From the NCBI GenBank assembly GCA_945874755.1, contig CAMCHR010000003.1, positions 1,541 through 65,540 of the forward strand: a stretch of 64,000 bases of DNA. Reading direction: 5' to 3'. Both the position numbers and the translations under genes were made by a program. The stretch's first letter is position 1, and the number at the start of each line of letters is the position of its first letter. Positions 38,778-49,120 of the stretch are shown here, piece by piece. This DNA comes from Chitinophaga pinensis. GTDB lineage: Bacteria; Bacteroidota; Bacteroidia; Chitinophagales; Chitinophagaceae. The notes beneath the pieces were generated by a model. That model was given only the letters and a program-made list of their open reading frames with translations, had not been told where the DNA came from and did no database searches.

Positions 38778-39959
38778 TTATTTTTCAAAAACTGCTGTAA
38801 TGTTTTTTTCAAAAGCAGATTGACTAAAATGGGTTGCAACTCTTTCTTTACCTGCTGCACCTATTTGATGACGAATGCTTGCAGGCAAGATCGCATTTAT
38901 CTTTTCAGCAGCCACAGCTGCATTGTTTAAAGGGATGAATATACCAGTTTCATTTTCATTCACCATTTCTAATGCACCACCTTGCGCAGTTGCCGCAACA
39001 GGAATACCGTATTGCATTGCTTCTAGAATGACTGTAGGTAAAGGATCTGGTTGTTGAGAAGGCAAGATAAGCAAATCGATGGAGCGATAAAATACATCCA
39101 TTTCTTTGACTAAGCCAATATAAAAAATACGATCTTTAAAAATAGGATCTTTTAATTGTGCTTGTAAAGCATCTAATAAATATTCATAACCAGGAAAAGG
39201 ATCTCCAGCAATTAAAAAATACAAAGGAGGAAACGCTTTGATCTGATTATTAGAATCTACATTGGATATACTAGCTTCATTCAATTGTTTTATTAACATT
39301 GCACGCGCAATCTCTACAAAATAGGATTGCCCTTTCCAATAATGGATTCTTGCAGCCATGCCAATCACTAAGGCATTTGCAGGAATATGTAATGTTGTTT
39401 TAAAATCAGGGGAACTAGAAGGCTTAATAGGTTCAATCCCATTGTAGATTTGTATTATTTTATTTGCAGGCAATGCATGCTGCCAATGATTTTCAACTGC
39501 TTTAGAGACCATAATTAATTGATCTGCTGTAACACGAAAACGCCATGCTAAAAAACGATGTAAAAAAGCAGGCTTTTCAATGATTTCATGAATATGCCAA
39601 ATATGTTTTAATCCATTACGACCTGCAACAAAACCACCAATTAAAACTGCTGCGGTGTTTGAAAAGATGATATCAATTTGATGTGACTGAATGAGTGTAT
39701 TTAAAGTACTAAAAGCGGTACACCATTTTTGAAAACGATTCAAAATACCAGCAAGATTAAAATATTGACGACGAATAATACCAAGGTTCACAATATGCAC
39801 ATCCACTCCAATGGCTGTAAGGCTTTTTTCAAGTGACCCATTATTAGAAAGTACCACTATTGCAGTATGACCATTTTTTTGAGCAATCGCTACTGTTTGT
39901 AAAAAAATTTTACTGGCGCCATAAGTATCAGAGGAACTATGTAAAAATAAAATGCGCAT
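38778..39959 (-). CDS. GT4 glycosyltransferase
   Basis: WHIHE, PSQQPDPLPTVILEAM motifs. Confidence 0.85.
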   Translation of the reverse strand: MRILFLHSSSDTYGASKIFLQTVAIAQKNGHTAIVVLSNNGSLEKSLTAIGVDVHIVNLGIIRRQYFNLAGILNRFQKWCTAFSTLNTLIQSHQIDIIFSNTAAVLIGGFVAGRNGLKHIWHIHEIIEKPAFLHRFLAWRFRVTADQLIMVSKAVENHWQHALPANKIIQIYNGIEPIKPSSSPDFKTTLHIPANALVIGMAARIHYWKGQSYFVEIARAMLIKQLNEASISNVDSNNQIKAFPPLYFLIAGDPFPGYEYLLDALQAQLKDPIFKDRIFYIGLVKEMDVFYRSIDLLILPSQQPDPLPTVILEAMQYGIPVAATAQGGALEMVNENETGIFIPLNNAAVAAEKINAILPASIRHQIGAAGKERVATHFSQSAFEKNITAVFEK

Positions 39960-40630
39960 TAGCCTAAACGAGATTTAATCACACGGGCAGGCACACCCGC
40001 AACAACCGAAAATGCAGGGATATCTTCGTTCACCACACTACCTGCTGCAATAACAGAACCCTTGCCAATCGTCACGCCTGCAAGAATCACCACATTGGCT
40101 GCTATCCAACAATCATCTTCAATCACCACTGCACTTTTAGCAACACCTTGTGCTTTAATGGTGATATTAGGATTGTCAAATACATGGTTTTCTGCATAAA
40201 TACTTACACGAGGCGCCAACATCACATTATTGCCAATCGTGATTTTACCAGAACAACCAATATAATTATAAGGACCAATATTAGAATTGTCACCCATGAC
40301 TAAACCTTCACCAATGGGCCCACCATAAATATTAGAAGGACGAATGATAGCGTATTTACCAATGCTTACTCTATCACCTAAATGCATCCCTTTGGATGCA
40401 AGGCAATTGATTTCTGCGCCATCTTCAATGATTACTTGAGTACCTAGATGCAAATTTTTTGGATAACGAATGGCTACATTTTTGCCAATAAGTAAATTGC
40501 CTTTTACAGAACCAATGCAAAGTCGATGCATCAAACCTCTTAAAAAAAAGAAGACAATATAATAATACGTCAACCCTCTATTATGAAGCGACCAGCCTTC
40601 GCCAAATCTATTGGAACTAGTTGTAGACAT
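39959..40630 (-). CDS. Hexapeptide-repeat (left-handed beta-helix) sugar acetyltransferase
   Basis: [31 protein letters not shown]...[10 protein letters not shown]. Confidence 0.85.
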   Translation of the reverse strand: MSTTSSNRFGEGWSLHNRGLTYYYIVFFFLRGLMHRLCIGSVKGNLLIGKNVAIRYPKNLHLGTQVIIEDGAEINCLASKGMHLGDRVSIGKYAIIRPSNIYGGPIGEGLVMGDNSNIGPYNYIGCSGKITIGNNVMLAPRVSIYAENHVFDNPNITIKAQGVAKSAVVIEDDCWIAANVVILAGVTIGKGSVIAAGSVVNEDIPAFSVVAGVPARVIKSRLG

Positions 40631-40661
40631 GTGGTAAAAATAAACTAAAAAACAGCAAGAA

Positions 40662-41765
40662 TTAACAACCCTTCATCAATTCATGGATTTCTTGGGCCGC
40701 TTTTGGCCAACTAAAATGCAATTGACGTGTTTGTCCTTTTTTAACCAGTTCGGCCAACAGATTAGGGCTTTCCACTAATTGCAACATAGCAGATGAGATT
40801 GAAGCGGTATCAAATGGATCCACAAACAAAGCAGCATCTCCAGCAACTTCTGGCAAAGCACTTGTATTGGCACAAATTAAAGGCAGATTAAAATGGAAGG
40901 CCTCTAAAATTGGAAGGCCAAAGCCTTCATTTAAAGAAGGCAAACAATAGGCAAAAGCATGGGTGTACACCGTGGCAAGAGCATCTGCTTCTAAATAGCC
41001 TAAACGAACTACTGCCTCTTGCAAACCAAGAGATACAATAGCTTGCTCAATTGCAGGCGCGTCATTCAATTGTGATTTTACAGGGATATTGCCCACTAAG
41101 ACTAATTTATAATTGGGATAAATAGCATGCAGCTTCTCAAATGCGGTTACTAAACGCACTAAATTTTTTCTTTTCTCTAAAACGCCCACGTGTAAAAAAT
41201 AAGGGGCAGCCATAGGAGAAGGTCCAATCTTTGGATGATGAAAGGATTTAGCAGCTTCTAAAACTACTTGCATTTTATTTGGATCAAAATTTTCATGCTT
41301 AAGGATACATTTTTTAGCATGCTCTGTAGGAACAATCAATAGGTTGGCTTTTTTTGCAGCAGGTACGCCTATTCCATGAAAAAGTTGAATCCACAATGGA
41401 TGGTAATGTTCGGGAGTTTCCCAAAAAAAAGCATCATGTAACACTGCGATTGTTTTAAAGCCCATTTTAAAATAAGGGACAAAAAAATCACTACAAAATA
41501 AATGGGTTACCCCTTTACGATGGCCTAATAAAGGCAATTGTACTTGCTTCCACCAAAAAAAACGAAGGTGTTCTAATAATTTTAAAACCTTATTTTTCCC
41601 ACGATAAACGCTACGTTCATTGTCTAATAAAATCAATTGAACCTCTGGAAACTGCTCCCAAGCATGGATCAGCTCTGTTAAATAAGTACGTGCGCCTGTC
41701 TGAGCAATGCGCAGGTCTCTGGTGTCTACCCCAAGGACAATTGGCTTATTTAAGTTGTCATGCAT
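40662..41765 (-). CDS. GT4 glycosyltransferase (MtfB/mannosyltransferase-like)
   Basis: [32 protein letters not shown]. Confidence 0.85.
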   Translation of the reverse strand: MHDNLNKPIVLGVDTRDLRIAQTGARTYLTELIHAWEQFPEVQLILLDNERSVYRGKNKVLKLLEHLRFFWWKQVQLPLLGHRKGVTHLFCSDFFVPYFKMGFKTIAVLHDAFFWETPEHYHPLWIQLFHGIGVPAAKKANLLIVPTEHAKKCILKHENFDPNKMQVVLEAAKSFHHPKIGPSPMAAPYFLHVGVLEKRKNLVRLVTAFEKLHAIYPNYKLVLVGNIPVKSQLNDAPAIEQAIVSLGLQEAVVRLGYLEADALATVYTHAFAYCLPSLNEGFGLPILEAFHFNLPLICANTSALPEVAGDAALFVDPFDTASISSAMLQLVESPNLLAELVKKGQTRQLHFSWPKAAQEIHELMKGC

Positions 41766-41967
41766 GTAGCGAAGATAAAATAGATTAAATAAACAGCTAT
41801 TTTTGTTTTTGATTATTAGGCTGCAGTGGAATTACAGCTAAAGAGGGGATGTGGGGTGGGAGAGAATCAATTAAGCATTGTAGGAGTGCCAATTGATATA
41901 GCAGAATTGCTATTAAATGTGTAGCTATATTTTTACACGATCTAATTTCGTATAAAAATTAAAACGC

Positions 41968-43647
41968 TTATCTAAGCCAAATACCGAGCTTGAACATAAA
42001 ACTATTTAAGTCATTGGGATTGTTGAAGCCAAGCCCAGTAGCTTCTGCAGGTTGAGACCATTGGTAGTTAAAGGATTTCTTATACGCGACACTACTACTC
42101 AATACGAATCTTTTAAATGGATGATCTGCCATTAAACGTAAGCCAAAATCAACCCATTTTGTTTTACTAGGATTGGTAAATGCTAAATTGTCTTCAAAGT
42201 AAACGCCATTTTGCGTCACACGCTCTAGTTGAATACCGTATTGTTGTAATCCATTGAACTTGCTCAATCTAAATGTTTGCGCGTTGGCACCTTGCCCAAT
42301 GGGCGCACCCATAATCTCTCCTAAATGGGTATAGCCTTGAGCTGCTCCACGATGCACATACCAGGAACCAGCGCTTAATAATGGCCAAGAAGGCGGTTGT
42401 TGCATGCGGGTATACTCGGAAATCAATTGCCAGTATTTGGTTTTTTGTTCATTGACATTGAACAATTTACGTATTCCTAAAGTATAAGCTCTGGAATGAT
42501 CTAGTCTTTGAATAGCATCTCTAAAATTATAAAAGGCGTCGTTCCTACCCCACTCCATATAAAATTCGGCATTCGCCTGTAGCATTAAATAACGCATAAA
42601 AAAAGATGCATATTGATCTGTATTGTCTTCAACAGAATATAAAAGATAATCTGTAAACTCATTAGGGTCATTGACTCTTGAGATATTATTGAAAATTAAA
42701 TTCCAGTTATTAAATACTTTCAAAATGATTTCGGGTTGTTGCACTACCCTTGTTAATCCAACACTTAAGCCTTTTACCCATTTAGGTTGATAAACAAATG
42801 TAGCGCCATTAAAATACCTTCTGCTTGGAATTGTTGCATTACTTACTTCGGCAATTCCTTGATAAGCCTTGTCCATTGGATCTAAATACGCTGCAACCCA
42901 TTGCCACTCAAAATTACCTATAAGTGTTTTCAATGGGTGGGTACTATTAAAAGTTAAATGCATAAAACCTGGCGCATGTCCACTCATTAATAATGGATTA
43001 AAAACCGAAGGCCCCCAGCTGATATTCTCTGAACTAATACCAATGGATGCAGGTCCTACATTTAGGCGAATACTAGAATTGCCCCAAAATAATTGATTGT
43101 AATTAGTCGTTTGATTGTTATTACTAAAACTTTTATTCTCTGCATTGACCCACTGTGGCTGCAATTGAACAGTCAATGGACCTAATTTTGCAAATACTCC
43201 TGCAGACGCCAACACTTGATAGCCACTGCTTGCAAGCATTGGGCCATCTAATGTTTTAAAAGGAATATCCGTTACAAATTGTTGGTGTAATTGTACTGGC
43301 ATTAGATCCACATACCCAAATTTTCCTAAAAACGATTTGCCTTTTTTTTGCAAGTACCTATTTAGTTGATTTGTATTATTAATTTTTAATCTTGAATTTT
43401 GATTACTTAAATAAACTGGATTGATCAAAAAAGAAACAGTTGAATCAAATCTACCAAGTAACTGCGCTCTGCGGACCAGATCAGTTCTCCACTCTTGGTC
43501 TAAAGAAACAGATTGCGCATGCGCAATTTTATGCAATAAAATAAATTGCATAAAAAATATACCAACAAGAAAGGGATACCGAATTACCCTGTATCCCTTT
43601 TTGAAAATGAATTTCAATATTTTATTATTTATTTTTCCAAAATCCAT
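41968..43647 (-). CDS. Capsule-assembly Wzi family protein (paralogue 2); start uncertain
   Basis: Signal-like segment ending AHAQ; GISSENISWGP...LLMSGHAPGF, EFYMEWGRND, GYTHLGEIMGAPIGQG. Confidence 0.7.
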   Translation of the reverse strand: MDFGKINNKILKFIFKKGYRVIRYPFLVGIFFMQFILLHKIAHAQSVSLDQEWRTDLVRRAQLLGRFDSTVSFLINPVYLSNQNSRLKINNTNQLNRYLQKKGKSFLGKFGYVDLMPVQLHQQFVTDIPFKTLDGPMLASSGYQVLASAGVFAKLGPLTVQLQPQWVNAENKSFSNNNQTTNYNQLFWGNSSIRLNVGPASIGISSENISWGPSVFNPLLMSGHAPGFMHLTFNSTHPLKTLIGNFEWQWVAAYLDPMDKAYQGIAEVSNATIPSRRYFNGATFVYQPKWVKGLSVGLTRVVQQPEIILKVFNNWNLIFNNISRVNDPNEFTDYLLYSVEDNTDQYASFFMRYLMLQANAEFYMEWGRNDAFYNFRDAIQRLDHSRAYTLGIRKLFNVNEQKTKYWQLISEYTRMQQPPSWPLLSAGSWYVHRGAAQGYTHLGEIMGAPIGQGANAQTFRLSKFNGLQQYGIQLERVTQNGVYFEDNLAFTNPSKTKWVDFGLRLMADHPFKRFVLSSSVAYKKSFNYQWSQPAEATGLGFNNPNDLNSFMFKLGIWLR

Positions 43648-44614
43648 AAATACCTTTTTCAACTTCATAGTTGTCCCATGATTTTTGAACACGCATTGGT
43701 TGTTGTTTAGCCCATTGCCACATATCTGTCAAGCCCGCTTCTAAACTCGTTTTATCTTCGTAATCTAATAAAGCCACACTTAACTCGTGTGAAGGCAATG
43801 CATCTTTCACTTCGTGACGCGCTTGCTCATGTTTAATTTCTCCCTTACCAATGACTTTCTTCAAAACTTCGGCTGCCTCTTTAATACTATAATGTCTCCA
43901 GCTACCAATATTGATGATGCGTTTTTTAGCCCGGTCATCTATTGCCGCTTTCCATAAAGGCAACAAACAATCGTCAATAGCTGAAAATGCTCTTTGTTGA
44001 TCCCCTTCACCAAAAATGGTAAAAGGTAAATTATTGATATGTTGGAACATCCAAATACCTAATACATTGCGATAACGATCCCAAATATTTTGATTGCGAC
44101 CGTATACATTGTGCGGACGGATAATACACCATTCTAATCCATGCTGCTCGCCCGCTATTTGAATATCCATTTCACAAGCATATTTTGCTACACCATAAGG
44201 ATCAATAGGACTTGGTGGATGGGATTCATTAAAAGGAGGATTACCATGCCCATAGACCGCCATGCTAGAAGTAAATACCAAGCGACCAATATTGTGTTCG
44301 ATACATGCATTCACTACATTTGCTGTAGCCACTAGATTGCTATTGTAATTATATGTTCTAATAAAAGGACTCAACCCTTCTGCAGCATAAGCAGCAAAAT
44401 GATATACGATATCAGCACCTTCAAATAAAGGTGCAATGGTATCTGTGCTCAAATCTAATTGGTGAAAATCTACCCCTGAAGGCACATAATCTTGATAGCC
44501 GCCAGATAAATCGTCGATACCAATAATGGTACAATTAGGTTGGTTCGTTAAAATCCATTCCGCCATTCTAGACCCTAATAAACCTGCGACCCCTGTTATG
44601 ATAATTTTTTTCAA
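43625..44614 (-). CDS. NAD-dependent nucleotide-sugar epimerase/dehydratase
   Basis: ITGVAGLLGS, FTSSMAVYG, YGVAK (YxxxK), RPHNVYG. Confidence 0.88.
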   Translation of the reverse strand: MKKIIITGVAGLLGSRMAEWILTNQPNCTIIGIDDLSGGYQDYVPSGVDFHQLDLSTDTIAPLFEGADIVYHFAAYAAEGLSPFIRTYNYNSNLVATANVVNACIEHNIGRLVFTSSMAVYGHGNPPFNESHPPSPIDPYGVAKYACEMDIQIAGEQHGLEWCIIRPHNVYGRNQNIWDRYRNVLGIWMFQHINNLPFTIFGEGDQQRAFSAIDDCLLPLWKAAIDDRAKKRIINIGSWRHYSIKEAAEVLKKVIGKGEIKHEQARHEVKDALPSHELSVALLDYEDKTSLEAGLTDMWQWAKQQPMRVQKSWDNYEVEKGIYGFWKNK

Positions 44615-44641
44615 GAAAATATTTTATAGCAATACATCAAA

Positions 44642-45556
44642 TTAAACCGAAGCTAGTATTCCGTCTTTTATACACGTTAACCAAGCCTTTAATTTATTAA
44701 AGCGTAATCTACTTATAAAATAGAAAATTACAGCCAAATAATAAATAAATTGATAAATAAATGTGGTTGGTATCGCCCACCATGGGGTGTGTGCTTTTAA
44801 AAACCAAATACGATTGCGGGCGTTTAAATAATGCACTTTTGGACTAACAAAACCTTCTTTTTCCTTTGTCTTTGACTTATGAGACATTCCTGCAATATGA
44901 TAAATAACGGACTCAGGCACATAGTCTAATATATAGCCAGCTTGTTTAATTCTAAAGGAAAGGTCTACATCTTCATAATAAATAAAAAATGCTTCCTTTA
45001 ATGGCCCTACTTTTTTTAACACCGATGCACGCATCATAAATGCACAACCTGTAATCCAATCAATCTTTTTTTCTTTATTACGAAATAAATGTCCAGGATC
45101 TTTTTTATTATAGTCGGACGTATTACAAATACCTAATAAAGTATTGAAAGTAGAACCTGCATTCCATATCAGATTTCGATCATGGTGAAAATAAATCAAG
45201 GGTTGCGCAGCACCAACAAAAGGGTTTTGATCTAATCTTGCAATTAATGGCTCAAAAAAATTAGGCTCCACTTCCACATCATTATTCAACATCATGATAT
45301 ATTCATAGTCATGTTGCAATGCATAGTCCATTCCTATATTATTTCCCCCCGTGAATCCTTTATTTGTTTCAGATTCAATTAGGATGATATTTGGGAACTG
45401 TAATTTTAACGCCTGACCAGAATCATCCACAGATCCATTGTCCACCACAATACAATCATAATTGGTAAACGTGGTTAGTTGTAATGACTCCAAGCTATCT
45501 TTGGTTAATTCAAAACTATTCCAATTGATTAGTACAATGGCTAATTTTTTCTGCAT
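44642..45556 (-). CDS. GT2 glycosyltransferase
   Basis: VVDNGSVD, GFTGGNNIG, LNND, YYEDVDLS. Confidence 0.88.
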   Translation of the reverse strand: MQKKLAIVLINWNSFELTKDSLESLQLTTFTNYDCIVVDNGSVDDSGQALKLQFPNIILIESETNKGFTGGNNIGMDYALQHDYEYIMMLNNDVEVEPNFFEPLIARLDQNPFVGAAQPLIYFHHDRNLIWNAGSTFNTLLGICNTSDYNKKDPGHLFRNKEKKIDWITGCAFMMRASVLKKVGPLKEAFFIYYEDVDLSFRIKQAGYILDYVPESVIYHIAGMSHKSKTKEKEGFVSPKVHYLNARNRIWFLKAHTPWWAIPTTFIYQFIYYLAVIFYFISRLRFNKLKAWLTCIKDGILASV

Positions 45557-47092
45557 CTATAAATGATATCTAAGATTAAGTTGGCCAATGAATTGTTGCT
45601 TGTCCAAGCCAGGAATAAAATAAATATCTTGAGGTTGGAACAGCCACCAATTGTAATTATTTGTTTGTATATAACTCAAACGTGGGGCAATATCCCAGCG
45701 ACCAAAAGTCCAATCTATTTTTAATGTGGTTGCAAAATCTACATACCACCTTCTGAAATCTCCAGAATTAGTAAAAGAGAAAACATAAAAGTCATTGTTA
45801 TGCAATCTACGTTCTACACTCAATCCAATTCTATTATTTGCTTTGCGCCAATTTAACTCAATAGTTTGTGAAGTGGCTCCTGGGCCTATACCAGCGCCCA
45901 ATAGTTGACCATTATGCGTGTATCCCTGAACAACATCGGCTCCTAGGTACCAAGAAGGTGGTGCGCCCGTTGTAAATTGTTCGGCCTTTGTTTGTAATTG
46001 CAAGTTGGTCATCTCTGCTAAGAATTCCCAATAATATTTTTTAGTAGTTGTGAACATTTTACTAAAACCCAGTACCGAACCCATCCCTTTGTCTGGTTGT
46101 AATACCCAATTTCGAAAACTAGTTTGATTTAAATTCCATCCAAACTCACCATAAAAAACGGCATTTGCTGCTGGAAGTTGATAATTAAAATTGAATGCTG
46201 TAAGAATAATAGGTTTATTTGGAAGATCATTTGGTAAACGATGTACTATATTTTTGATAGGAACAAATTGCATGATTCCTAAGACTTGATTAGAATATTG
46301 AACATAACTTTGCGATATGCCAACTGTCAAATTTTTAAACCACTTAGGTGAGTAATTGACGTTCATTCCTTGAAACATTCTACTTGTATCCGGCTTTGTT
46401 ACATATAATTTAATACCTCTGTATGTTTTATTGGGTTGAGGCGGTTGCCAATTGCCATTTTTCAAAAGCCCCCAAACAAATTCATAATTGAATGTCCCAA
46501 TTTTTGTTTGTAAAGGTTTTTTATTAGTAATACTTAAATGTGGAAAACCACCAGCATTGTTAGACAAGATTAAAGCATTCCGTTTAGTAGGGCCCCACCA
46601 TTGATTTGCAGTTGATAAAGAGATGGTGATATTTTTAAAACTGTATTTTAAAAATGATTGTCCTAAAAATAAATGAGTATATTGATCAATGCCATATTGT
46701 TCTGGTTGTTCTATAAAATTTTGAAATCTGTAATAGTCTCGCCAATGAACTGAGGCTAGATTTTCACTAAATCCTTCAAAACTTAAATTTTGAGCTGCTA
46801 CAAATTCAGGAGCAATTTGTAGTTCAAATTGCTTCCATTTTAAATTAATACCAGCATTCATGTATTGTTGCCAACCTTTAGCCGTAATCATCACGCCATC
46901 GTTCCAATCATATGGATGATCCCCTACATATTGTAATTTGTTGACGATAGGAAGTAATTTAAACTGTATACCTGTTCTTGCGATTGGCTTGTACAAAGGA
47001 ATGGAATCGACAAATTGAGCTTGGCCCAGAGCTTGTCCCTTTGCTACAATCACTATAAAATAAAGAAGTGTGAAAAATTTAATTTTACCCAT
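45557..47092 (-). CDS. Capsule-assembly Wzi family protein (paralogue 3)
   Basis: LSTANQWWGP...LILSNNAGGFPH and GYTHNGQLLGAGIGPG, shared with 41968-43647. Confidence 0.7.
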   Translation of the reverse strand: MGKIKFFTLLYFIVIVAKGQALGQAQFVDSIPLYKPIARTGIQFKLLPIVNKLQYVGDHPYDWNDGVMITAKGWQQYMNAGINLKWKQFELQIAPEFVAAQNLSFEGFSENLASVHWRDYYRFQNFIEQPEQYGIDQYTHLFLGQSFLKYSFKNITISLSTANQWWGPTKRNALILSNNAGGFPHLSITNKKPLQTKIGTFNYEFVWGLLKNGNWQPPQPNKTYRGIKLYVTKPDTSRMFQGMNVNYSPKWFKNLTVGISQSYVQYSNQVLGIMQFVPIKNIVHRLPNDLPNKPIILTAFNFNYQLPAANAVFYGEFGWNLNQTSFRNWVLQPDKGMGSVLGFSKMFTTTKKYYWEFLAEMTNLQLQTKAEQFTTGAPPSWYLGADVVQGYTHNGQLLGAGIGPGATSQTIELNWRKANNRIGLSVERRLHNNDFYVFSFTNSGDFRRWYVDFATTLKIDWTFGRWDIAPRLSYIQTNNYNWWLFQPQDIYFIPGLDKQQFIGQLNLRYHL

Positions 47093-48332
47093 TGGAACGA
47101 TTGCTTTGAATGATTAAAAAATAAATCACTAGGCAAGCGCCCTCAATCATCATTGGATAATATCCCAAAGTATCTTTAGGTAAGCCGAGGTAAAGGAAAA
47201 GAATGAATAATAATGCAACCAATAAAACAATTAAACCAGCAGCAAAATAAGATTTGAATTTTCTACCCAAAATCAATTCAGCCACATTCAACACATTTAG
47301 CGCAATGAATAAAGGCACTATAGCAATTAACTGTAAGAGCCGCTCTGCTTCCATCATGAATGCTGCATTCACAGTAGACTTGGATAATAAGAGGATGGAT
47401 AAAATAAATTCAGGAAAAAAATACAATACGAATCCAGCAGCGATGCAGGCCAAAGCTAACATTGAATTTTGTTGTTTTTTCAAAGTACGCCATTGTTCGT
47501 TGCCTTGTAAATGTTCTCCAGCAGCCTTAGGCATGATAGCAGAACTATATGCATTCACCATCATCCTGCAACTAGAAATTAATTTATCAATTAAACCATA
47601 GGCCGATAAAAAAATAGGGCTTGCAAAAGCAGGTAAAGCAAATAAAAATAAAGATTGTTGCAAATGCACGGTAATACCATTGCCTACAATTAAAGCATGT
47701 GTTTTTATTAAAGAAATAATTCTTGTAAAATTAGGCCAAAGAGCAAATAAATTTGCTGTAGGAAATGCTACATAAAAAAACAACACATTTAATACAAACA
47801 TCCCTAATCCAGAACTCAGTAAGGCGATGAAAATTAATTGATCATTGTTTCTGAAAATATAAATGAGCACCAAAACCAAGGCTCTAATTAATATATTTAA
47901 AATACTATACTTGTTAATTTTATATTGCGCAATTAAATAAAACTGAGGATTGATGTATTCCGCAAATAACATAGGCAAGATGGCTATATAGTACATGCCA
48001 TTATTGGAAACTGCAGCAACGCTCAAGCTAATGCATACTCCAAAGAGTAAAGGATAAAAACGAATGGCTAATGTTTCTGTGCTAATAATGGCTTTTTCAT
48101 TTTCGTTACTAGCCCTACGTAATTCAACCACAGCTGTTTGAGAACTCCCAAAATTGACCAAGATAGAAGCCAATACACCAAAAGAAAGCGCTATAAAATA
48201 TACACCTAAATTTATAGGTGTAGCATAATGGATCAAAATCGGAATAACCAATAACTGAAATACCGCATTGGTTATATTCAGCATCAATATTGCTGCAAAT
48301 TGGCTAATGGTTGAAAAGTATAATTTAAACAA
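47085..48332 (-). CDS. wzx: Polysaccharide flippase (Wzx/MATE-like)
   Basis: About 12 TM helices, LVIPILI...LGVY...VNFG pattern, position in the EPS cluster. Confidence 0.7.
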   Translation of the reverse strand: MFKLYFSTISQFAAILMLNITNAVFQLLVIPILIHYATPINLGVYFIALSFGVLASILVNFGSSQTAVVELRRASNENEKAIISTETLAIRFYPLLFGVCISLSVAAVSNNGMYYIAILPMLFAEYINPQFYLIAQYKINKYSILNILIRALVLVLIYIFRNNDQLIFIALLSSGLGMFVLNVLFFYVAFPTANLFALWPNFTRIISLIKTHALIVGNGITVHLQQSLFLFALPAFASPIFLSAYGLIDKLISSCRMMVNAYSSAIMPKAAGEHLQGNEQWRTLKKQQNSMLALACIAAGFVLYFFPEFILSILLLSKSTVNAAFMMEAERLLQLIAIVPLFIALNVLNVAELILGRKFKSYFAAGLIVLLVALLFILFLYLGLPKDTLGYYPMMIEGACLVIYFLIIQSNRSNG

Positions 48333-48336
48333 AAAA

Positions 48337-48984
48337 TTAAGGTATATTGATGATTTTAATTACAATACTTGACATGCTCCATGATTCATCACATATAGGA
48401 TTGGGTACATTGGTTTGCACTAAAAAATCTCTAAAGCTTAAATTAAGCGCACTTTTAGTATGTGAAATGGTTTTTACAATTCGGTACATTGAACTTGTGT
48501 TATTACCAGAACAGTTATCTTCTGTCCCTTCAAATATTTTTACTGCATCCGTCATTGGCGGATAGTTAACTATACCATATTTAAGTGGATAGGATTGAGC
48601 CAAGCAATACAATGTATTACAAGGAGAATTAGAAAAAGTGGCATTAACTAAATCTTCCCCATCTGCTTGCATCCTCCAAATATCTGGACCATCAATACCG
48701 CCAACATTGTTGTTCCCGTCCCAACTATTATGAAAATATGGGACCACTTCTATTTGGATAGCTTTATGTTTTGGCAGGTTTGCTAAGTTTAAAGTGAAGC
48801 CTCCATTGTTGTACCTGCCAATGACATTCGCTCCATTGTATATATATAAAATTGCGCCCTCTAGTCCTGTTGTATCTCCTGTATTAAAATTGCTATTGTA
48901 TACCACTGATTCATCATAACCCGATTTAGTGCAGGAAGCAAAAAGGGTGATGTAAAGCGTAGCATTTAGAAATGATTTGATCAT
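48337..48984 (-). CDS. Hypothetical Cys-rich lipoprotein
   Basis: Lipobox FASC; NSWDGNN, GPDIW and DESW motifs; four further Cys. Confidence 0.6.
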   Translation of the reverse strand: MIKSFLNATLYITLFASCTKSGYDESVVYNSNFNTGDTTGLEGAILYIYNGANVIGRYNNGGFTLNLANLPKHKAIQIEVVPYFHNSWDGNNNVGGIDGPDIWRMQADGEDLVNATFSNSPCNTLYCLAQSYPLKYGIVNYPPMTDAVKIFEGTEDNCSGNNTSSMYRIVKTISHTKSALNLSFRDFLVQTNVPNPICDESWSMSSIVIKIINIP

Positions 48985-49120
48985 GAATTAAAATTTATAT
49001 GGCAAAGCCATCCTTAATCACAGTAAATGAATAGGTTAGCAAGGCAGATGATGTCATTTTGCCCGGATAAAGATAAAAAAATAGTGGGGAGATAGGGTAA
49101 AATAGTGCGATAATACTTAA

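Noticed and set aside
49095-49112. aaaatagtgcga after the capD stop as a fourth copy of the hairpin repeat
   Set aside because: Only 10/12 match and the GCGAAGC core is absent.
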